Virus record (IMG/VR): IMGVR_UViG_2908764845_000006 | Span: 32,001-96,000 of that record | Strand: one strand, 5' to 3' | From: a virus | Taxonomy: Duplodnaviria; Caudoviricetes | DNA: 64,000 nt | Shown here: in pieces, positions 18,909-27,636 of the stretch | Layout: every line of letters begins with the position of its first letter | How positions within the stretch are numbered: position 1 is the first letter of the stretch | The notes under the pieces: generated by a model | Told to the model about the DNA's origin: nothing | Seen by the model: only the letters and a program-made list of their open reading frames with translations | Database searches by the model: none | Made by a program: the position numbers and the translations under genes

Positions 18909-19135
18909 TGGGGGCGGCCTTCCGGAAATTCCCAGCGATCGCAGGTCCTGTGATGGTCCTCGATCGGGATGTGCGTGTAGATCGGCATGGTGCAGCCATT
19001 GCCGCACGAGATGCTGCCGGTCTGGACCGGCATCATCCACGTGGACGTCTCCTCGTGATCGGCGAGGCACTGGCCGCGGTCGATGCCGCAGCCGGCGAGC
19101 AGCAGCGCGCCGAGCAGCATGAAGGTCCGTGTCAT
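18905..19135 (-). CDS. Putative lipoprotein
   Basis: Signal peptide with LAGC lipobox. Confidence 0.6.
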   Translation of the reverse strand: MTRTFMLLGALLLAGCGIDRGQCLADHEETSTWMMPVQTGSISCGNGCTMPIYTHIPIEDHHRTCDRWEFPEGRPQ

Positions 19136-19314
19136 CGGGGGTCCTTGCGGTGCGCCGCGAGTAGCGCGTCGATGAATGGTCTCGACTTCGCCGCCATCTC
19201 GGCGGAGAGCTTCTTCTTCCAGTCGGGGCCGTACTTGGCCTTCTGGATCGCGACGAACTCGCGGAGGATCGCCTTCACCTCGTCGGAGGGCTCCGGACGG
19301 GGAGCCTCACTCAT
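19132..19314 (-). CDS. Hypothetical protein
   Basis: Operon packing. Confidence 0.45.
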   Translation of the reverse strand: MSEAPRPEPSDEVKAILREFVAIQKAKYGPDWKKKLSAEMAAKSRPFIDALLAAHRKDPR

Positions 19315-19678
19315 CGGCGTGGCCGTGGCAGACGATGTGCCCACACCGGGGACACGTCGAGCGCAGCTCCGGCTGACCTTGGTCGATCACCGGAAACTCG
19401 ATGCCGTGAAGCTCCGCGGCGCGCAGCTCGAACTTGATGAGCGCGACCCGCAACGCGGAGAGGATCAGGCTGTTGTGGCGGCTCGGGACCTGGCCGTTGA
19501 GATACTTCACCCGGTCGATCAGGACGCGCAGCACCTCCTGACTGTTGGTACCGCCGTGAGGCCGGCCCTCGTTGCCGGGATAGCCCTCGCCGACCCGCTT
19601 CATGAACTGGATCAGGGACTGGGGCGCGCCGTCGTAGCCGTCGACGGCGTAGAGGTGGCCCTTCTCGACGACTTCCAT
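19307..19678 (-). CDS. Possible Acb2/Tad1-like hairpin (nucleotide-signal sponge) protein
   Basis: IQF...GTNSQEVLRVLIDRVKYLN...SRHNSLILSALRVAL...R resembles the Tad1/Acb2 helical hairpin; C-terminal CPRCGH. Confidence 0.4.
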   Translation of the reverse strand: MEVVEKGHLYAVDGYDGAPQSLIQFMKRVGEGYPGNEGRPHGGTNSQEVLRVLIDRVKYLNGQVPSRHNSLILSALRVALIKFELRAAELHGIEFPVIDQGQPELRSTCPRCGHIVCHGHADE

Positions 19679-19872
19679 CACGGCGCCTCGCCGAACTTGG
19701 TCACGCGCGCCTTGGCGATGTACCAGCCGTCGAAGGTGCCGACGAGCACGGCGACGTAGCCCGTGATCCAGGCTAGGTAGTAGTAGCCGTGCTCCGCCAG
19801 CGCGACGCAGATGCAGATCAGGATCTCGGCGACCGTCAGGAGGCCGACGATGATGTTGGTCTCGTTGATCAT
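19678..19872 (-). CDS. Small membrane protein
   Basis: Two hydrophobic segments. Confidence 0.45.
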   Translation of the reverse strand: MINETNIIVGLLTVAEILICICVALAEHGYYYLAWITGYVAVLVGTFDGWYIAKARVTKFGEAP

Positions 19873-20198
19873 CACGCCACCGGCGCCGCGAGGCGAGCCA
19901 TGTGGGTGCGACCGACCTTGGTCGGGCCCCGGTAGGGCTCCGGGTTCTCGACGGGCTCGCAGAGTGCCGGGCACTTGCCGTGGCGCCCGAGCGGGGCACT
20001 GCAGTTCGAGCAGCGCCCGGCCGCCTTGAGGTCGGCCGGGCCAGCCTCGACGAACCGCGTGATGCTGAAGGGCCGCTCGAAACCGGTCAGGTGATAGTTG
20101 CCGTCGCGGTGGTTGGCGATCCAGACCTCGTAGAGGCGACCAACGGTGAGTTCGTCACGCACAAGCGTGTTGTCGATGCACTTCACGAAGAGGGGCAT
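19872..20198 (-). CDS. Hypothetical protein
   Basis: GGAGACC RBS; C-terminal CxxC. Confidence 0.55.
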   Translation of the reverse strand: MPLFVKCIDNTLVRDELTVGRLYEVWIANHRDGNYHLTGFERPFSITRFVEAGPADLKAAGRCSNCSAPLGRHGKCPALCEPVENPEPYRGPTKVGRTHMARLAAPVA

Positions 20199-20259
20199 GG
20201 TGGATGGTCTCCGGGGTGTGACCCGCGTCGATGGTCAGTCGGTGCGGGAGGTCAGGCGA

Positions 20260-20637
20260 TCAGAGCAGCGGCACCAGCACGTTCACCTCGTCGACCTGCA
20301 ACAGACCGGCGCGTGATGGATGCGGGTCATGGGCGAGCTTGCCGCCGCGATAGACCACTGCGTGGAGCACGCCCCGCTCGGCGGGGCCGTAGGCGAGATA
20401 GTGGACGCCCGAGGTGCGCAGCCAGTAGTCGAAGTCGCCGTTGCGCAGGGCCAGGATCGCCATGCCGCGCGAACGCACGAAGTTGTTGAAGCCGGCCCAG
20501 AAGCCCTCTTCGCAATCGTGGAAGTTTGGTACCTGATGGAGCGGCAGCTCCAAGATCGAGGCGACGGCGGCCTGCTGGCAGTTGCCGCGAGCGCCGGTCT
20601 CCCTGTCGTGGAATTTGTCTTGGTCGACGGGCTTCAT
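20260..20637 (-). CDS. Hypothetical protein (papain-like Cys/His pattern)
   Basis: GNCQQAAVASIL...HAVVY...HDP. Confidence 0.55.
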   Translation of the reverse strand: MKPVDQDKFHDRETGARGNCQQAAVASILELPLHQVPNFHDCEEGFWAGFNNFVRSRGMAILALRNGDFDYWLRTSGVHYLAYGPAERGVLHAVVYRGGKLAHDPHPSRAGLLQVDEVNVLVPLL

Positions 20638-20715
20638 CGCGATCCTGATCTGTGGTTAACGCGCGTCCGTCGCCATGTGGGTCGACGCGACACGACCGCC
20701 CCCTGAACTAGCAGT

Positions 20716-20937
20716 GTGAAGATGGACCACCTGAAAACGATACACGCCAAGGCTGGCGAGGACGCGCGACCGACCGGCATGGTCCGCTTCAAACACATCA
20801 CGCGAACGTCGGGCCGCCTCCAATACCAATTCCGCGGATCGAAGGGCCTGATCTGGATCGACGTTCCCCACGTGGACGCCAAGGGCCGCGAGATCGGGGC
20901 GTTCGACCTCATGCCCGTCTCGGGCCGGGCGAACTGA
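20716..20937 (+). CDS. Lone opposite-strand small protein
   Basis: 73 aa with plausible codon use, filling a gap in the minus-strand operon. Confidence 0.5.
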   Translation: MKMDHLKTIHAKAGEDARPTGMVRFKHITRTSGRLQYQFRGSKGLIWIDVPHVDAKGREIGAFDLMPVSGRAN

Positions 20938-21301
20938 AGCTCAGCGCGTCACGGCTCCGACGACGCGCTCGCATGCGTCGCACATGAAGTACGGCTCATC
21001 GAAGCGACAGAGCTTGCCGCAGGTCGTGCATTCGACCGCCGGCAGGAACGTGATGTGCGTCGGCTTGACCGTGATCGGCCGGTTGATCTGCTTGAGGAGC
21101 TGCAGCAGGCTCTCCTCGGTGAGCGGCTTGGCCTCGTCGGCCGGATTGCGCAGCGGCCCGATGTCGATCTTCACAGCTCGACGCCTCGCCGTTCGAGCTC
21201 GTCCTCGACCGCGGTGAAGGCGCCCTCGAGGGGCGCGAGCATCATCGCCATCGTCGCGATCATGGCGTTGCGCCATGCGAGCAGGAACAGGGTCGGGATC
21301 A

Positions 21302-21700
21302 TCACAGCTCCTGCAATGCGGGCTTGGATCGCGGCGGGATGACCGAGAGGTCGATCTCGCCGATGAAGCCGCCATGCACCAGCGTGTAGGCGACGCGGCC
21401 GTGGGGCTTCCTGCCGAAGTTCTCGTCCGAGCTGGCCTTGCCGAGGATGTGGCAGCGGCCGAGCAGGCCGTCTGCCGAGAGCGCCTCGCAGATCGCCATG
21501 ACGAGATCGCCGTGCGAGGACGCCTCCTCGGTCCACGCCACCGCGATCAGGTCGATGTCGCGGGCGAGGCTGCCGTGCACGGCGACCGCGTAACCGCGGT
21601 CGCGCGCCACCGTCCGGATCGTCGGCAGCATGCTGTCGAGCAGCGACTGGCAGAACGCGCCGGTCGCGAAGCGGACGGCTACGGGCTGGGTGTCTTTCAC
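21302..21700 (-). CDS. Minimal nucleotidyltransferase-fold-like protein
   Basis: VAVHGSLARDIDLI (hGS...DxD) plus a later IDLS. Confidence 0.5.
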   Translation of the reverse strand: MKDTQPVAVRFATGAFCQSLLDSMLPTIRTVARDRGYAVAVHGSLARDIDLIAVAWTEEASSHGDLVMAICEALSADGLLGRCHILGKASSDENFGRKPHGRVAYTLVHGGFIGEIDLSVIPPRSKPALQEL

Positions 21701-21847
21701 AGGATCAGCACTCGATGAGGAAGATCAGGAACAGACACCAGCCCCAGCCGTCATGACCGGAATAGCCGATGGCGCCTGCGGCGATGGCAAGCGCCACCGA
21801 CACCCAGTGCACGTTGACGGGCGCGAACCGGCGGATCAGTTGCTCTT

Positions 21848-22264
21848 TCACTTGCTCTTGCCCGGCGCCGGCGGGAACAGCGACGCTGCCACCTTGATCT
21901 CGAAGGTGCTGTCGTCGATCTTGCGGACCACGCCGCGCTCGTCGTCGAACATATCGTCACCCAGCCGGGGGACGTAGCCGAACGAGAACACGAAGGCGTG
22001 CATCAGCTCGCGCGGCTTGATCGCGGCCTCCGACGTGGAGCCGGTGATGCGGATCTTGCCGAGGTCGTCGCCGGTCCCGAGCTGGAGCACGTATCGCTCC
22101 GCCTTGGCGGCGCCGCAGACCGTGGTCGGGATCGAGACCATCAGCTGGGGCTCGGTGCCCGGCTTGGACTGCCCGGTGCCGCGCACCTTGGGACGCATGT
22201 AGGTCAGCTTCGCCATCGGCGGCTGATTGGTCTTGGTGACCGTCTCGATCTCTTCAAAGGCCAT
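21848..22264 (-). CDS. Hypothetical protein
   Basis: AAGGACC RBS; MAFEEIE... Confidence 0.6.
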   Translation of the reverse strand: MAFEEIETVTKTNQPPMAKLTYMRPKVRGTGQSKPGTEPQLMVSIPTTVCGAAKAERYVLQLGTGDDLGKIRITGSTSEAAIKPRELMHAFVFSFGYVPRLGDDMFDDERGVVRKIDDSTFEIKVAASLFPPAPGKSK

Positions 22265-22360
22265 TGGTCTGGTCCTTGGGGTGATGCAGTGGGGGACTGC
22301 GTGGAGCACCCAGCCATATGCGCGTCAGTGAGAGGCGGGCCGGGTCAATGAGGCGCCGCG

Positions 22361-22537
22361 TTAGCGGCTGAAGTCGAAGGTCTCGTCGCGTACCGGCTGG
22401 GGGCGCGAGAGCATCCACGACCATTCGGTGAACGACATCGAGAGCAGCAGCTTGCCGTCCTTCTCGATGTAGATCCGCTCGTGCTTGGCGGACTGGTAGA
22501 TCTGGTGCGGGTTGGAGGGCACTGCCGGGGCGCTCAT
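22361..22537 (-). CDS. Hypothetical protein
   Basis: Overlap packing. Confidence 0.45.
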   Translation of the reverse strand: MSAPAVPSNPHQIYQSAKHERIYIEKDGKLLLSMSFTEWSWMLSRPQPVRDETFDFSR

Positions 22538-22740
22538 GCTAACGAGGTCACCTTGTGCAGCGTCTTGAAGTGCAGCTCGGCGCGCTGGATTTGCCGCTTG
22601 AGGTCGAGCCACATCACCTTGATGTGGTTGTCGCCAGCGCCGATGACTGTCATCGGCGTGTACGGCTGACCCTTCATGGCGACAACGTCGCCAATCGCGA
22701 CGTCGCTCGCGCTCTCGATGTCAACGCGAACCTCGGCCAT
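22534..22740 (-). CDS. YodC/DUF2158-like small protein
   Basis: GDVVAMKG...PMTV...VMW. Confidence 0.5.
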   Translation of the reverse strand: MAEVRVDIESASDVAIGDVVAMKGQPYTPMTVIGAGDNHIKVMWLDLKRQIQRAELHFKTLHKVTSLA

Positions 22741-23269
22741 CAGCGCGACGCCTTCGCTCGTCGGCGAACTCGGCGGTGGTGATCGAGCCGGCGCTGTGCG
22801 CCGACCCGACGTACATCAGTGCGATCAGGATGTAGGCAGGCATGGGGGACCGTGGGGATTGTTGTGGAGGCTTGCAGACCCCCGACGATGTTTCGCCCCA
22901 TCGCCTTACAGCGGGCTGGTTTGGTCGCCGATTTCTTTGCCTTCAGTCGGGACGCGCCTTTCTCCGACATCCGCTGTGGAGGGCATCTCTCCCCCGCTCC
23001 GGGCACGTGGCTCCCCGGTCAGCGCGGCTTGCATGGCGGGGTCCGTTGACCGAGCCGTTGCCACGGCAGTCTCGGGCGGATACCCCTGGGTGTGTGAAGT
23101 GAAACGCGACAGCCCGCCCTATACGGCGTCCCGACCGCGCACGGGCGCGGCGGGCGAGCTATGTGGGCGAGAGAGCCAGGCGGTGTCGCTTGGCGTCAAC
23201 GAAGCGAAACGGGCCGGGACGCCCGGCTCTCTCGTGAGGTCGGGGCTACGCGATACAAGCGCCCCTATC

Positions 23270-23346
<77 letters not shown>

Positions 23347-23353
23347 GAAAACT

Positions 23354-23620
23354 CTAGCAGTTGAAGTGCTCGATCGTTGCGATCAGCAGGTTCGAGCGGC
23401 AGATGTCTTGGTTCATGTTGAACCAAACGACCGCCGCGATGTGACCCTCGATGTGCTCGATGGTGACCGGCACGTCGTCGCCCTTGGTCGTGACGACGTC
23501 GCCGACGTTGAAGTCGTGCTCGGGCACCGTCCGCGGATCGGCTTCGACGCGCTTGCTGGTGTTGGTGCCGGACTCGATGATGGTCTCGACGACATCGTCG
23601 CCGGTGGCCTGATGGGTCAC
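23354..23620 (-). CDS. YodC/DUF2158-like small protein
   Basis: FNVGDVVTTKG...VTI...VVWF. Confidence 0.5.
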   Translation of the reverse strand: MTHQATGDDVVETIIESGTNTSKRVEADPRTVPEHDFNVGDVVTTKGDDVPVTIEHIEGHIAAVVWFNMNQDICRSNLLIATIEHFNC

Positions 23621-23855
23621 TGGTGGGGTCTCTTTCTACTGTGGGGGAAAGGTGTCCAACGAGGGCCGCTTGCGGTACCTGAAACGCTGACTTGACCAGC
23701 GGCCCGTAGCGCCCACCCTCGTTGAACTGCGCCAGTCCGCGAACAGGGCTGCTGGCGAATTGATGCGGCGGTGTTTTTCGGCCGAAGCCTCTGCCTACCA
23801 TTAAGCGCCCCGCAAACGGCGCACCGCGAGAGGGCCCATCGTGGGGCCCTTTGAA

Positions 23856-24161
23856 CTAGATGACCTTGAAGTACTCGCGCCCGAAGAACACCGGGTGGCG
23901 ACCGCGCCATGTCGAGCCGCGGCGAAGCCATCGCCTCAGATGCTGCGGGCTGCGGAAGCGGTAGACGATCCTGGCCGTCCAGTTGCCGTATCCGTAAATG
24001 CGCTTGATGCCATCGAGCAGCGCGAGCCGGCTGGCCTCAGCCTCTTCGCCGCCGCGCGCGATATGCGGCGTGGTCTGGTCGACCACGATGTCACCGTACT
24101 CCGCGTCCTCGTCGACGTTGAAGCACTCGATCACGACCAGCTCGTTGCGGCGGCGCTTCAT
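23856..24161 (-). CDS. Hypothetical protein
   Basis: MKRRRNELVVIE... Confidence 0.5.
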   Translation of the reverse strand: MKRRRNELVVIECFNVDEDAEYGDIVVDQTTPHIARGGEEAEASRLALLDGIKRIYGYGNWTARIVYRFRSPQHLRRWLRRGSTWRGRHPVFFGREYFKVI

Positions 24162-24169
24162 GAGGACCT

Positions 24170-24670
24170 TCAGAATGGGAGCGCGGCTGCCGGGCAGATG
24201 CCGGCCAAGTAGCGCAGCGCCCGGACAGCCAGGTCGAGCTCGGTCGGCGCCTGCGCGTCGACGAACAGCGTCATCGCGAGCTGGTCGGAGCAGCGCTTGG
24301 TCGAGCCCCTGATCTCGCACACGGCGCCGGCGCGACCCGGGACGGTGAGAGCGGCGTACTTGGCGCCGCGCGAGGCGCGATACTCGTCGGACAGCTTGTC
24401 GAACGAGATCGTCTCGACGATGGGCCCGTCCCGGTGCCGCAGCGTGAACGTGCACTTCTCGCCGGGAGCGTGGTTCACCTCGAACTTCTCGCCGATGTGC
24501 CCCTCGTCCTCGTCGTGGACGCCGATCTGGTCCTGCAGGTTGTTCTCGAGGGCGAAGATCCGCGCAGCGGCTGCGATCGGCTTCATGGCCTCGGGGATGT
24601 CGTCGGCCGCGGCCGGCACAAGGGCGGCGGCGAAAGCGATGGCGGTGATGGCGATCCTGGGCACGGTCAT
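24170..24670 (-). CDS. Secreted/periplasmic protein
   Basis: Signal peptide MTVPRIAITAIAFAAALVPAAA; four Cys. Confidence 0.55.
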   Translation of the reverse strand: MTVPRIAITAIAFAAALVPAAADDIPEAMKPIAAAARIFALENNLQDQIGVHDEDEGHIGEKFEVNHAPGEKCTFTLRHRDGPIVETISFDKLSDEYRASRGAKYAALTVPGRAGAVCEIRGSTKRCSDQLAMTLFVDAQAPTELDLAVRALRYLAGICPAAALPF

Positions 24671-24696
24671 GGCCCGAGAACTATCACCGGCGGAAC

Positions 24697-24853
24697 TGGC
24701 TGGGAAGGGTGGGCTCGAACCACAACCCACCGAGGAATTGGAGATCCGTTAGCCGAAGGCGCGATGGTATGACCGCGGAGACTTCGACCTTTCGGCGAGG
24801 AGCTGGGGACGGATCGAGCCCCTGACGTCGCGAAAGCTCCAGATACCATCCCA
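24697..24853 (-). ncRNA. tRNA-like structured RNA (about 157 nt)
   Basis: 5' TGGGATG pairs with 3' CTTCCCA-G-CCA; GGTTCGAGCCC T-loop-like segment; interior of about 105 nt with several complementary pairs and no normal D or anticodon arms. Confidence 0.45.
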
Positions 24854-24878
24854 GAACACCGCCAAGCCTGCCTATCTT

Positions 24879-24954
24879 TGGTGCCAAGGGATGGGTTTGA
24901 ACCACCGACGCCCGCGCCTTCAACGCGGCGCTCTACCGGCTGAGCTACCTTGGC
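24879..24954 (-). tRNA. tRNA-Phe(GAA)
   Basis: GCCAAGGTAGCTCAGCCGGTAGAGCGCCGCGTTGAAGGCGCGGGCGTCGGTGGTTCAAACCCATCCCTTGGCACCA; 76-nt cloverleaf. Confidence 0.9.
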
Positions 24955-25442
24955 GAATGAGCAGCCCTGCCCCCGGCGCGACCGGGTTCAATCGAACCGC
25001 CGCTGCGTATTGCCATGGTGCGCAGCGGCGACAAGATCGGGAGGCGTCCTGAGACGCGCAGGGCATGAAACTGACTGAGGGACCGCCTCCGACAGAGACG
25101 GCCCCTCGATAGTCGGTCACGACGAACTGACAAACAATGCGCGAAGGAGCGGTACGAGCACCTCGTTGCATCGGGGGCGCGTATAGCGCGCCCCGCCAGC
25201 ACGATGGAAGAAAAATCTTGGTCTCGCGATCAGCAATTCGTGAGTGCCCGGCGTGGAGCCTCAGCGATCGAGCTCGTGCAGGAAGGCGAGGCATTCGACG
25301 CCGCAGTCGGTGCGGACCTTGGCATAGTCGACGCCGATGCGCGAGCTGTGGATCGACAGGACGGTGGCGCGCCGCGCGTCTGGGCGCGGATCGCCAAGCC
25401 GCAGGAACTTGAGCGTCACGCGGTCGCCGACCTTGACGTCGT

Positions 25443-25739
25443 TCACCACCAAGCATCCACGATCTGGTCGTGCGGTACGAAGGCCTTGCCGCCGTCGAGT
25501 ACGTAGACGCGGGCGCCCAGCTCGGGGACGATCACCTTGGTGATCACCCGCGGCGTGTTCGGGAAGCACTTGGTGCGGACCGTCATACCCTGCCGGTAAC
25601 CGCGCACGCGATCGAAGGCGCGCTCAGTGACGCTGCCGAACTCGCGGTGGAAGTGGAAGCGGCCGCGGAACGTGACGCTGCCGACGAGCTTCGGCTCGTC
25701 AGAGGGCTGCGGCTGGACGGCGACCTCCACCTTGCTCAC
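25443..25739 (-). CDS. Hypothetical protein
   Basis: 98 aa, overlap packing. Confidence 0.5.
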   Translation of the reverse strand: MSKVEVAVQPQPSDEPKLVGSVTFRGRFHFHREFGSVTERAFDRVRGYRQGMTVRTKCFPNTPRVITKVIVPELGARVYVLDGGKAFVPHDQIVDAWW

Positions 25740-25951
25740 GCGCGCACCAGACCGTTGGCCTCGGTGAGCGAGCCCGCCTCGATCTGGCGGAGCCGCCGCG
25801 CCACTGCGCGGGGACCGTTGAGACCGTTCTTGTAGTAGGCGGCGGTGCGCTGACCGCGCGTGATCCAGCGGATGTAGCGGCGCGAGCCGGTGCCGGACAT
25901 GGCGAGAGCGGCCGCTTGAGCGGCGACGTGATCGAAAGCGCGTTTGAACAT
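25736..25951 (-). CDS. Hypothetical basic protein
   Basis: MFKRAF...; NGPRAVARRLRQI. Confidence 0.45.
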   Translation of the reverse strand: MFKRAFDHVAAQAAALAMSGTGSRRYIRWITRGQRTAAYYKNGLNGPRAVARRLRQIEAGSLTEANGLVRA

Positions 25952-26170
25952 GGCGGGGGACCTGCGTGGGTGCTTGACATGGAAATGCCCGGGCTGGGCC
26001 CGGGCATCAGGATAGTTGCCGCTGTTCTCAAAGCCGGATGCGCCCCCACGGACATCACAGCGAGGGCCCGACGGGAGACCAATCTCGTCGGCTAGGCACG
26101 CGGCTCTCCCCATGGCCTAGAGGTGGCCCCGCCCCTGTTGGTCCAGAGGCGAGGCCGTTGTCGTGGTCGG

Positions 26171-26689
26171 TTACTGCGCGGCGGGAGCCGCAGGAGCAGC
26201 AGCGGCGGCAGGGTCAGCAGCAGGAGCAGCGGGAGCCGCAGCCGGATCGGTCGGAGCCGGAGCCGCCGCCGGCGCCTGAGTGGCGTCGGCCGGAGCAGCA
26301 GCCGGGGCCGCAGCGGCGGCAGCAGCGGGAGCCGGCTGACCAGCCAGCGCGGTCTGCGCGGCGTTGACCGCATCGCCGAGCGCCTTCACCACGCCGTCGA
26401 TGGCGTTGGCCGAGGACTCGACCACGGCCGGGTCGACACCGGGCACCTGGCTGGCGATGGCGACGATCTTGGCGGTCTCGGTCTGCATGATCGAGACGGC
26501 GGCGGGGATCGCGGCAAGCAATGCGGCGACGGCGGTGGTGAGATGATCCTGTTCAGCGGACATATGCTGCAGCTCCAGTTCAAGGTGAGCCATCCGCTGC
26601 TCCATCGAGAGATGCGGAGGACGAGATGCGCGGCGCTGATTGCGCTTGGCGCGGTGGATGTTGATGAGGTCGAGTAGTTCAGCGAACAT
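26171..26689 (-). CDS. Helical protein with Ala/Pro-rich tail
   Basis: 172-aa ORF; true start may be internal. Confidence 0.5.
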   Translation of the reverse strand: MFAELLDLINIHRAKRNQRRASRPPHLSMEQRMAHLELELQHMSAEQDHLTTAVAALLAAIPAAVSIMQTETAKIVAIASQVPGVDPAVVESSANAIDGVVKALGDAVNAAQTALAGQPAPAAAAAAAPAAAPADATQAPAAAPAPTDPAAAPAAPAADPAAAAAPAAPAAQ

Positions 26690-26873
26690 CAGGCGATCTC
26701 CGGTGGGGCGCCTTCTTTGGCGAAACCGATCAGGTCGATGAGCGCGTCGCGCTCGCGCTGCTGGCGCGAGCCGATCAGCGGCGCGGCTGGCGGGAGAGAG
26801 CGCGTGAAGCGCTCGATCTCGTGCTGCAGCCGCAGATACTGAAACGTGGTGAAGGGAACGACGTTGGACACCG

Positions 26874-27290
26874 TCAGCGCCCCGTCTGGATCGCCGGGAA
26901 GTCGGGGTGCCCCGGATGGGGACGCGACTGGGTGGGAAGCCCGAGCTTGGCGCGAACCTTGATCTTGTTCGCGGTGTCCATCGCGTACCCGCCGTCGACC
27001 ACGGTGCGGAAGGTGATGCCGTGACCCTTCAGCGTCTTGCGCAGCTTGCTGAGGTGGACGTCCACCGTCTTGTCGCACGGCAGATCGCAGTCCGGCCGGT
27101 GGCCGTACAGCATCGCGTAGAGCGCGTCGTGGGTGACGAAGGAGCGGTTGAGCAGCATGCCGAGGATCTTCGGCTGCGTGGCGCCGGTGAGGCCGAAGGC
27201 CAGGCGCAGCTGCACGAGGAACGGCTCGTCGACGCCGAGGATCGCCTCCAGCTGGGCAACGCGATCGCGCAGCGCTTCGAGCTCAGTCAT
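26874..27290 (-). CDS. Winged-helix (OmpR/PhoB C-terminal type) DNA-binding protein
   Basis: KTVDVHLSKLRKTL...FRTVVDGGY. Confidence 0.75.
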   Translation of the reverse strand: MTELEALRDRVAQLEAILGVDEPFLVQLRLAFGLTGATQPKILGMLLNRSFVTHDALYAMLYGHRPDCDLPCDKTVDVHLSKLRKTLKGHGITFRTVVDGGYAMDTANKIKVRAKLGLPTQSRPHPGHPDFPAIQTGR

Positions 27291-27636
27291 GCGTCCCCGC
27301 TTCGGCGCCGTTGAAATGCACGCATAGCGGATCGGAGCCGGCCTCGAAGGATCGGCACACGTCCGGACGGTCCTCGTAAATCGTGCAGCGGCCGTCGGCG
27401 CCGAGCTTCGGGCACGTCCACTCGAAGGTGGCGTAAGGCCGCCCGCTCTCCGGATCGACGTAGCTCGACAGCGGCGCGATGGGCTCGAACGGCAGACCGT
27501 GCGCGCGCGCCTGCGCGCTCACGTCCTCGTCGGTCCAGACCGTCAGCGGCTCGCCGTTCTGCGACAGATGCATCACCCGGCAGCACTGACCGGGCGCGTA
27601 GCAGCGATCACAGAGGCTCACCGCGACTTTTCCCAC
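27283..27636 (-). CDS. YkgJ-family Cys-cluster protein
   Basis: CDRC...CC...CPKL...RCTIYEDRPDVCRSF. Confidence 0.75.
   Translation of the reverse strand: MGKVAVSLCDRCYAPGQCCRVMHLSQNGEPLTVWTDEDVSAQARAHGLPFEPIAPLSSYVDPESGRPYATFEWTCPKLGADGRCTIYEDRPDVCRSFEAGSDPLCVHFNGAEAGTHD

Noticed and set aside
22860-22905. tmRNA-like words (GGGGCGAAA, GCCTCCAC) on the minus strand
   Set aside because: No T-arm with CCA end and no tag reading frame found
24745-24853. HDV-like (theta) ribozyme after tRNA-Phe
   Set aside because: P1-like, P2-like and GGCTAA elements exist, but I could not build a canonical P3/L3 adjacent to P2; kept only as an unclassified structured RNA
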